In this document: positions 1-9,328 of the stretch, piece after piece
How positions within the stretch are numbered: the stretch's first letter is position 1
How the letters are laid out: each line of letters starts with the position of its first letter
Source: Octopus bimaculoides
Taxonomy: Eukaryota
Reading direction: 5' to 3'
Length of the DNA stretch: 47,594 bases
Assembly: GCF_001194135.2 (NCBI RefSeq)
Contig: NC_068985.1
Span: 17,344,277 to 17,391,870, forward strand
Made by a program: the position numbers and the translations under genes
Notes under the pieces: model-generated
Told to the model about the DNA's origin: nothing
Seen by the model: the letters and a program-made list of their open reading frames with translations, nothing else
Database searches by the model: none

Positions 1-471
1 ATATATATATATATATAGATGATAAGCAGGTGTAGACGTAATGGACATTTACTAATGCTCCCGCTTCTTGTCTACTACTTCCCAGGCAGCATTTTTAGCA
101 CAGTTGAAACCGCTGGATTGAACAGTACTACCCAAGTTTCAAAAACCATAATGATATCCACTAGGCAGCTGATGATGGGAATATATTTGACATGTTTGCT
201 ACCTGGGAATGTTTTATATTGTGTGATCTCATTGCTTTAAGTTGTCCTTTATTCTTGCAAGGTTAAACTTGTTGAAGGGTTCTTGGTTTCTTAGCTTATG
301 GTGATTATCCTTCACTGGGATTCTAATTATGGTTAGAATAATATTTATTTTGGGGCTTCTATTTTAGGCAAGTTTTGTTGCATGAACATTTTACACTGTT
401 TATATACTTCTGGCAAATTCAAAGAAATATGTATCACAAAGATCAATAAACAAAAATAATCAAGAAGTAAC

Positions 472-570
472 CTGGATAATGAAGGTTTTGTCCCCAAGGC
501 CAGGAGTGCATCCAATCATACTCATATACGAAGCTTCTTCTGTAAAATTCTGGATTCCATGAAAGACGCC
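472..570 (-). CDS. GLUD1: GDH coding exon 5 (GVFHGIQNFTEEASYMSMIGCTPGLGDKTFIIQ); not in the ORF track
   Basis: Acceptor ttttttcag|GGC, donor CAG|gttact; 99 nt, phase 0 to 0. The expected next exon (GFGNVG...) is not in 1-471, so the gene is truncated by the window edge. Confidence 0.95.
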
Positions 571-673
571 CTGAAAAAACAATTTAAATAAGACATGAAT
601 TATACCATATTTTATTATTTCAATAGTCATCACAGTAGTTAAAATAGTGTTTTCCTTGGAGAGAAATGTTACT

Positions 674-883
674 TACTCTTTTACTTGTTTCAGTCATTTG
701 ACTGCAGCATGCTGGAGCACTGCCTTTAGTCGAGCAAATCGACCCTGGGACTTATTCTTTGTAAGCCTAGTACTTATTCTATCAGTCTTTTTTGCCAAAC
801 CGCTAAGTTACGGGGACATGAACACACCAGCATCGGTTGTCAAGCAATGCTAGAGGGGACAAACACAGACACACAAACACACG

Positions 884-920
<37 letters not shown>

Positions 921-1072
921 GACGTGCTTCTTTCAGTTTCCGTCTACCAAATCTACTCACAAGGCTTTGGTCGGCCCAAGGCTATGGTAGAAAACACTTG
1001 CCCAAGATGCCACACAGTGGGACTGAACCCAGAACCATGTGGTTGGTAAGCAAGCTACTTACCACACAGCCA
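674..1072 (-). mobile_element. tRNA-derived SINE, family B (CORE-like domain, internal (TA)n)
   Basis: Minus strand has a tRNA-like head ggctgtgtggtaagtagc...ggttctgggttcagtccc, then CORE-like ggcatcttgggcaagtgt, central (TA)n and tail gactgaaacaagtaaaagagta. Confidence 0.85.
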
Positions 1073-1602
1073 TTTTTTTATACGTAAACTTTAAAGTAAG
1101 ATGTGATTCTCTTTTTTTTGTAAAATGCCCTTTGTGACAACGTACACTAATATTTTCGCAGTAAAACTTTTATATGAAAACACTTTTTATATATAAAACT
1201 GAATTTTATGTCTATTTTCATATGTATGTGTGTGTGTAGACAGAAAGATAATAGGAATGTTGACTTCCTATATTAAAAAAATAAACTTTCTTTTTATTTT
1301 TCCTTTGTGTGTGTGCATGTATGTATATAAATATATATTTGTATGTATGTATGTGTGTGTGTGTATATATATCATCATCATCATCATTGTTTAACATCCG
1401 ACTTCCATGCTAGCATGTGTCGTGGGGTGCAAAAGTAGGTATACAGTAAGTATCAGATCAATGTTATAATACTTAATTCATTAAAATTATTAGAACATTA
1501 AATTATTTAGCCTCATTTTTTTATATTTTCAGTGTCATTAATCATAATACATTTGTCATAACTATAATAATACTTTTATCGTAAACTTTTAATTTTTTTG
1601 AT

Positions 1603-1903
1603 TTTCGAGCGAGATCATTGCCAGTGCCACTGGACTGGCTCTTGTGCGGGTGGCACATAAAATACACCATTTTGAGCGTGGCCGTTGCCAGTACCGCCTG
1701 ACTGGCCTTCGTGATGGTGACACGTAAAAGCACCCACTACACTCTCTGAGTGGTTGGCGTTAGGAAGGGCATCCAGCTGTAGAAACTCTGCCAAATCAGA
1801 TTGGAGCCTGGTGTTGCCATCTGGTTTCACCAGTCCTCAGTCAAATTGTCCAACCCATGCTAGCATGGAAAGCGGACGTTAAACAATGATGATGATGATG
1901 ATG
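1603..1903 (+). mobile_element. Abundant (GAT)n-tailed interspersed repeat, family A
   Basis: Core ggttggcgttaggaagggcatccagctgtagaaactctgccaaatcagattggagcc...ggacgttaaac(gat)n preceded by ~55-bp internal subrepeats. About 20 full or partial copies in the window. Confidence 0.9.
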
Positions 1904-2413
1904 AAACCAAGTAAAAGAAAAAATATCTACAGCTGCCCATTACCTCCTCCTCCCTGATTCACTCTTATTTCCCCTTACCTGCATTAAACCAATACCATCT
2001 ACCATGTCTCCACCCATGTTTACTGCATTCACCTCTGTTCTCATTTCTAACCATCTGTCTCTCCCCATGCACACTCCAGCCAACCTATAGGCCCAATGAA
2101 GCTGAATGAATCTGGCATTTCTTGCTAGCCATTGTTGAGATGATTTCATCTGCCTCTGATATATACTGTGCTTTTAAATATAGCATGTCCATAAATGTTA
2201 TCTCTGGACAGGTACTGCAATTAATGGCTATATTAACTTACTATTGCATATAATATAGATATATATATGTATTTCACTTAGGAATTGCTAGACTAATAAC
2301 CTAGTGTAGAACACAGTATACATATGCTTCAGAACAAAGCATTATTAGAGTACAGAGTGGCAATAAGAAAATAAGATGACAAAGGAATTAACAATTATCT
2401 TGTGAACTTCATT

Positions 2414-2494
2414 AGCTTACAGCTGTTTCTGCTATAAGATGCAGTAGACTCAAAGTTGAGTGCTTGAGTAACTCCTCATAGCTTCATCAGAGCC
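2414..2494 (-). ncRNA. Type I hammerhead ribozyme motif (Penelope/retrozyme-like) in GDH intron 4, sense to the pre-mRNA
   Basis: Minus strand reads ggct-CUGAUGA-A-GCUAUGAG...CUUAUAGC-A-GAAA-C-AGCU-GUA-agcu. It has both core boxes, an 8-bp stem II, palindromic stem III ACAGCUGU, a GUA triplet and a 4-bp stem I. Confidence 0.75.
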
Positions 2495-2615
2495 TCAAAT
2501 ATAAAGTGCAGTTTATTTGGGAAAAGAATACAGACACACACACACACACGTGCGCGCGTGTTGTTATAGTCCAGTTTGAAATGATAATAAAAAAACAAGT
2601 ACTCAATACATGCAA

Positions 2616-2829
2616 TACTCTTTTACTTGTTTCAGTCATTTGACTGCGGCCATGCTGGAGCACCGCCTTTAGTCGAATCAAATCGACCCCAGGACTTATT
2701 CTTTGTAAGCCTAGTACTTGTTCTATCGGACTCTTTTGCCGAACCGCTAAGTTACGGGGACCTAAACACACCAGCATCGGTTGTCAAGTGATGTTGGGAG
2801 GGGGGCAAACACAGACACGCAAACATATG

Positions 2830-2888
<59 letters not shown>

Positions 2889-3044
2889 CGGGCTTCTTTC
2901 AGTTTTCGTCTCCCAAATCCACTCACAACGCTTTGGTCAGCCCAAAGCTATAGCAGAAGACACTTGCCCAAGGTGCCACGCAGTGGGACTGAACACGAGA
3001 CCATGTGGTTGGTAAGCAAGCTACTTACCACACACCCACTCCTG
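2616..3044 (-). mobile_element. SINE family B
   Basis: Full-length near-identical copy of 674-1072. Confidence 0.85.
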
Positions 3045-4225
3045 AGAAGATTTATTTATGAAATGAATTCCTCTTACAAGACTTGTTCTCAATTTATCTG
3101 GGAGATTTGGAGTGTGACCAGAAGTGTCAGTTGTGAGAGTGATTGAATGCAGGTTTAGAATTTACAGGTAATATGAAAAGTTAATAAGGAGAGAAAAATA
3201 AATAGACAAGAAGAAAGAGAAAAGAGAAAGAAGAGTGAGGAAAGGGAAAATATGAAGGAGATAGTATCAGAGCCAATTGAGAGAGAAAGGGAGAGAGAAT
3301 GGATGGATGGATGCACAGAAAGAGAGAGAGAGAGAGAAAAAAAGAAAAAAGAAGGAGAGGGAGAAAGAGAAGAGAAACAAAGAATAAAAAAGAGAGAAAA
3401 TTTTGGATAAGCAAGACTGATAAACAGGCTGATAGATAATGGATGGAAAGATAGGCAAAAAGATAGACAGCTGGACAAGTTAGCTTAGGAACCAAAAAAG
3501 GAAAGAAATTCATAAAGTTGAAATATAAAGAAGAAAATAAAATGGGAACATAAGGAAGAAGTTTCAGTGCCATGTCTGGATGAATTGGTAAGTAGTATTT
3601 TAAGCTGACCTATGTTTTGTAGGGAAGGTGAGAGGAGTATCACTGTAAGGTAGTAGAACCAGATTAGAAAGAGGTGTAGTCAGAGGTGAAAACTAAATTT
3701 AGTTACTTCACAAATTTGTACTAGATTAAACAATTTCATGCTTGGCTAGAATAGCATAATTTAAGAGAAGAAAAACAAAAAACTTTAGCTAGGGCCAAAG
3801 AACTGGATGGAGTCAGATTTAAAATTAATAGCATTATCAAATTTATAAGAAATGAAAATGCTAGATCATCATCGCCGTCATCATCATCATCGTCATTTAA
3901 CGTCTGCTTTCCATGCTAGCATGGGTTGGACGATTTGACTGAGGACTGGTGGACCAGGAGGCGACACCAAGCTCCAATCTGATTTGGCTAGATCAAGTTA
4001 GTTAAGGGAAACAGGGTAAAAGTGTGCATGTGTGGGCATGTAAAAAGCACCATTTGAACGTGATAGTTACCAGCGTCACCTTACTGGCACTTGGGCTGGT
4101 GACATGTGAACAAAACATTCAAGCAAGGTCATTGCCAGTATCGCTGGACTGACTCCTGTGCGGGTGGCACGTAAGAACACCATTTGAGCATGGCTGTTTC
4201 CAGTACCGCCAGTCCTTAGTCAAAT

Positions 4226-4759
4226 NNNNNNNNNNNNNNNNNNNNNNNNNNNNNNNNNNNNNNNNNNNNNNNNNNNNNNNNNNNNNNNNNNNNNNNNNNN
4301 NNNNNNNNNNNNNNNNNNNNNNNNNNNNNNNNNNNNNNNNNNNNNNNNNNNNNNNNNNNNNNNNNNNNNNNNNNNNNNNNNNNNNNNNNNNNNNNNNNNN
4401 NNNNNNNNNNNNNNNNNNNNNNNNNNNNNNNNNNNNNNNNNNNNNNNNNNNNNNNNNNNNNNNNNNNNNNNNNNNNNNNNNNNNNNNNNNNNNNNNNNNN
4501 NNNNNNNNNNNNNNNNNNNNNNNNNNNNNNNNNNNNNNNNNNNNNNNNNNNNNNNNNNNNNNNNNNNNNNNNNNNNNNNNNNNNNNNNNNNNNNNNNNNN
4601 NNNNNNNNNNNNNNNNNNNNNNNNNNNNNNNNNNNNNNNNNNNNNNNNNNNNNNNNNNNNNNNNNNNNNNNNNNNNNNNNNNNNNNNNNNNNNNNNNNNN
4701 NNNNNNNNNNNNNNNNNNNNNNNNNNNNNNNNNNNNNNNNNNNNNNNNNNNNNNNNNNN
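4226..4759. other. Assembly gap; other gaps at 16178-16187, 19558-19750, 29271-30058, 33430-33439 and 44401-44410
   Basis: Runs of N. Confidence 1.
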
Positions 4760-4834
4760 CTCTACATCCCTCTCTCAGCTGAGAGGTCCTAGTTTTTGGT
4801 AAGCTCATGGGTGCTGGTGTACCCATGCCATGCA

Positions 4835-4941
4835 AAAGCTCCTGTGCTGGCATCACACAAAGGTTCCTGTGCTGGCGTCACACAAAAGCTCCTGTGCTGA
4901 CACCATGCATAAGCTCCTGTGCAGGTGCCACACAAAAGCTT
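4835..4941. repeat. 25-bp tandem repeat x4
   Basis: Units of type aaagctcctgtgctggcatcacaca, adjoining a family A copy. Confidence 0.8.
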
Positions 4942-5194
4942 GTTTAACGTCCGCCTTCCATGCTGTCATGGGTTGGACGGTTTGACTGAAGACTAGCAAG
5001 CCAGGAGGCTGCACCAGGCTCCAATCTGATTTGGCAAGGTTTCTACAGCTGGATACCTTTCCTAATGCCAACCACTCCAAGAGTGTAGTGGGTGCTTTTT
5101 ATGTGCCACCAGCACAAGAGCCAGTCAGCCAGCACTGGCATCAACCACACTCAAATGGTGCTTTTTACGTGACACCAACACACACCAATATATA

Positions 5195-5602
5195 TCATCA
5201 TCATCATCGTTTAATGTCTGCTTTCCATGCTAGCATGGGTTGGACGACTTGACTGAGGACTGGTGAAACCGGATGGCAACACCAGGCTCCAATTTAAATT
5301 TGGCAGAGTTTCTACAGCTGGATGCCCTTCCTAACGCCAAACACTCAGAGAGTGTAGTAGGTGCTTTTACGTGTCACCTGCACGAAGGCCAGTCAGGCGA
5401 TACTGGCAACGGCCACGCTCGAAATGGTGTCTTTTATGTGCCACCCGCACAAGCCAGTCCAGGGGCACTGGCAATGATCTCGCTTGAAAATCCTACGGAG
5501 GCCAGTCAGGCGGTACTAGCAACGGCCACGCTCAAAATGGTGCATCTTATGTGCCACCTGCACAAGAGCCAGTCCAGGGGCACTGGCAACGATCTTCTCG
5601 CG
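5195..5602 (-). mobile_element. Family A repeat
   Basis: (CAT)n tail at left, reverse-complement core and subrepeats; adjacent partial copy at ~4941-5175. Confidence 0.9.
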
Positions 5603-5729
5603 CACAGCACATTTCCAAATATATATATAGTTCAAAAACACAATAACAAAAAAACAACAAAGTGAGGACGTGATATGGATAGTATTATTGGACGCTCAGG
5701 AAAGGAAAGAGAGAGTGTATGACGTTTCG

Positions 5730-5765
<36 letters not shown>

Positions 5766-5973
5766 TGACTGCCGACAGATTTCTCTGCTTTTAAAGAAGA
5801 AAAGGATTTTATCCTTTATATCTATACTGTTCCGTATCTATGCGTTGAATAAATTTATCTTTCTAATTGTTCTCCAATACATTTCAACGCTTGTTTGTTT
5901 ACATACGGTGTAACCTATACGACATCTAGCATTCCTGGATGATTCTATTACTTCTTAAATTGCAGAAGAATTT

Positions 5974-6157
5974 GACGGTCAGCCTGTTTAGCTTAAATGG
6001 TAAAGCATTCCAACAAGATATTGGAGGGATGCGAGTTCACTCCTCATGGATGGCTGCCGACAGATTTTTTTGCTTTTAAAAAGGAAAAAGGATTTATCCT
6101 TTATATATATATACTGTTCAGTATCTATGCGTTGAATGAAATTTATCTTTCTACTTG

Positions 6158-6161
<4 letters not shown>
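5974..6161 (+). mobile_element. Small tRNA-derived element, family E
   Basis: gtttagcttaaatggtaaagc...gcgagttcactcctcatgg..gccgacagattt. The same head occurs at 31741-31828, and the 3' half is duplicated at 5761-5873. Confidence 0.6.
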
Positions 6162-6200
<39 letters not shown>

Positions 6201-6260
6201 TATGTGTTAAAGATTGGTTTCACACGTAAAAAATAATAAAGATAGTCAATTTGTACTTAC

Positions 6261-6349
6261 ACGTCCTGTAGCTGATGTTCTGCCATGGATACCACCCTGT
6301 GTAATTGGTTTTCCAGTAACACACGCATTAGCATTGATATCATAATGAC
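6261..6349 (-). CDS. GLUD1: GDH coding exon 4 ([29 protein letters not shown])
   Basis: Acceptor tttttctgttggtag|GT CAT, donor CGT|gtaagt; 89 nt, phase 1 to 0. Confidence 0.97.
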
Positions 6350-7054
6350 CTACCAACAGAAAAAAAAAATAACATGCAGTCAGATTAAAACAATTATTAT
6401 GCACAGATATGCTACAAATAAGTGTAATTTTCATTGGTAGTTATTATAACACACAAATTTTCTGTATTATAGACATACATTTAAAAGGTCTTCTGAGGTA
6501 TATTATATTTAGAACAAATTTTATATAACTTACAGCAATGACTGATTTTAGTGTCTCAACACAGTATAATACTCTTTCATTGAGTTTTACTCTATCAAAA
6601 TACCAAAAAAGGTAAAATACAAAGCAGCATAAACTAAATAAAGGTCCTTTCACCATGTCTATTATATAATATTACAATGCTAATATTATGACATCAATAA
6701 TTTGTAAAAAGTGTTTCTAGACAAGACTTATTACTTCATATTCTGTTTCAAAAAGTTTTGTAAACTTGGTTGGCTCAGAATTCATATTGTCTAGCAGGAA
6801 GTTGATAGCAATGCTATTATAAATAATTCTGCCTTATAAATATTATGTCATTTATTTAGCATTTCAATGCATTGTGTATCATTTTAAAAATAGTTTTACT
6901 TGATATTATTTTAACAGAAAATACTAAGTGACTTCATAAAATCATTGTTTGTAATAGTAAGATTTTGACAATAAATCCAACCAATTATAATAATACTGAC
7001 ACTTGAGGAGCGCAAAGTAAAAGAGAAAATGACAGTTATTTGCTAAGACTTTAC

Positions 7055-7141
7055 CTAATGTCTGTGCAAAAGTATCAGCAATCCAACTCATCTCTCTCTC
7101 ACCAGTCCCCATGTCTGGAGCTGGTACATCAATACCAGGAC
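7055..7141 (-). CDS. GLUD1: GDH coding exon 3 ([29 protein letters not shown])
   Basis: Acceptor tctttacag|GT CCT, donor TTAG|gtaaag; 87 nt, phase 1 to 1. Contains the catalytic PAPD motif. Confidence 0.97.
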
Positions 7142-8447
7142 CTGTAAAGAAAATAAAAATCATCTTAAAATATGTCACAAACAGAAAATCACAAACTTCA
7201 GAATATTATCAAAACCTGTTTAGCAATTAAAACATGTGGTTCTTTATATATTTCAATGAATTTTTCTGATGATGCGTACACATGCACACTTACATACTTC
7301 GAAATTGATATCAGAACGAAATGACACTGAAAGTAAAAAAATGGAGGAAGCAGAACTTGAAACTAAAAATTTAAGATTAACATTAATTTATGAGGATTTT
7401 ATAACAGAGCTCAAATTTCCTATGTCATACATACATTAGTTTCAAGTATTACGTACCAGTTTTATCATTAACCAGGAGATCAGATAAAAGTAAATGTTTT
7501 TGTAACATTATAATGACAGAGATATGTGACAAAGCACTAAAATTTGCTCATTTATATTTGAGATTGGTGACATGGAGCACAGTTGATATTCAGTTGTTAA
7601 CCAGAGAAATCAATATTTGCAAGAAATAAATTCCAGTGAATTGACAGAGAGGAAACTTTAAGTATTACAGACAGTGTCAAGCCTCAATGATGAGACACTA
7701 AAGGCATTGAAAGGAAAAGAAACAGCTGCACCGATGGAGGTGGTCTGCATTTAGCTAGTTCAGCATGGTTAGTCCACATTACTCCCTAAGGAGTACAGGG
7801 CTAGTTTCTGGTTTCTCTGGTGTATATACCATATTTTAATGTGTATAAGGACCCCCTAATTTTGGGGGCTTAAAATTTGGAAAAAGAGCTGGTGTTAGGA
7901 AGGGCATCCAGCTGTATAAAACAAAGTAACAAACTTATAAGTGAGATATGGACCTCTAACCCATGCAAGCATAAACTATGAGGATGACTATAATATAGTT
8001 TTGACTCATTATTTTTATGTTTAGTGCCAATACGCCAATATAGCTAAGGTTATGTGCTTCTTCATCTAGTTGTAAACTTCACCATCATTTAATGTCTGAT
8101 TTTCATGCAGGCATGTGTTGGACAGTTTGACAGGAGCTGGCCAGGCTCTATGCCTGTTCTGGCATGGTTTCAAGGGCTAGATGCCCTTCCTAATGCCAAC
8201 CATTAGAATTCAATCAAAATATTGACAATGGTATAAGACCTATATTAAATGATTCATTCTATTTTGAAACAATGCCAGCAACTTTGTGGGAAGGAGGCAG
8301 TTGATTACATCGACCCCAGGACTTGACTGGTACTTTATTTTACTGAAAAAAATCAAAGGCAAAGTTGACCTCAGAGCATAAAAAGCTGTAAGAAATATTC
8401 CTAAACATTTTGTTCGATGTGATAACAATTCTGTCAACTTGTTGTTT

Positions 8448-8611
8448 TCACTCTGCTGAGTGGTTGGTGTTAGGAAGGGCATCCAGCTGTAAAAATCCTG
8501 CAAAAACAGTCACAGAAGTCTGGTGCAGGCTTCTACCTGGCTGGCTCTTGTCAAACCGTCCCACCCATGCCAGCAAGGAAGGTGGACATTAAATGATGAT
8601 GATGATGATGA
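8448..8611 (+). mobile_element. Family A repeat
   Basis: Core plus (GAT)n tail; an opposite-strand copy lies at ~8085-8205. Confidence 0.85.
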
Positions 8612-9023
8612 ATGACAAAAAATTATTGAACTTTATACAATGTGAAAGTAATTTAGAAACCCCATGTCATGACCTTTCATATCTTTTGGAGAACACTTTA
8701 GATTTATAAATGATAAGATGCTTTCATTCAGAATTTAAAGTTGATCTTTAGTTCACTAATTTATCTTAAAACTTATATATTAATATATTAGAGTACATTA
8801 TAACAACAACAGAACATTTACTGAAGAGGATACTCAACACTAAAAGTTTAAAAAAATTTAATCATAATTATTCAATCATCAAATTTGCAGATTAAACACT
8901 GATTAACTGGCATCAAGTGAAACAAAATCCTAGTATAAAAGAATAATTAGTTTACAATACACTAATATTTTGTAATTTGTTTCCTATTGATGACTAGTTA
9001 TATAAGAGAGGCATAAGATATTA

Positions 9024-9328
9024 AGTGGAGGCATATGGCCTAGTGTTTAGAGCAGCAGACTCGTGGTCGTAGGATTGTGGGTTCAAATCTCAGACCAGAT
9101 GATGTGTGCGTTGATGAGCAAAACACCTAAACTCCACGTGGCTCTGGTAGAAGGTAATGGCGAACTTCTGCCGACTCTTTCACCACAACTTCCTCTCACT
9201 CTTTCCTCCTGCATCTAGCAGCCCACCTGTGACAGACCGGTGTCCTGTCCAGGTGGGGAACCTATACACCATTGAAACCGGGGAACTGGCCCTTATGAGC
9301 CAGGCATGGCTCAAGAAGGAACAAACAA
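9024..9328 (+). mobile_element. SINE with a family-C head/body but a different 3' tail
   Basis: Shares the head and body to ctctcactctt with family C, then has an unrelated tail ending aacaaacaac; TSD cataagata at 9012-9020 and 9329-9337. Confidence 0.8.

Noticed and set aside
19-240. ORF 19-240 (+) and the minus-strand peptide DIIMVFETW resembling an APE endonuclease motif
   Set aside because: Not GDH, too short and frameshifted to call; at most an old LINE relic.
4835-4941. 25-bp periodic repeats, and the ~55-bp subrepeats of family A, as a CRISPR-like array
   Set aside because: Units are contiguous without unique spacers, the context is eukaryotic and there are no cas genes; these are internal tandem repeats of a retroposon.
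5251-5272. CTGAGGA-CTGGT-GAAAC in family A copies (also ~21706-21725) resembles a hammerhead core
   Set aside because: Only 5 unpaired nt lie between the boxes (no stem II), there is no NUH/stem I arrangement, and other copies lack GAAA; coincidental.
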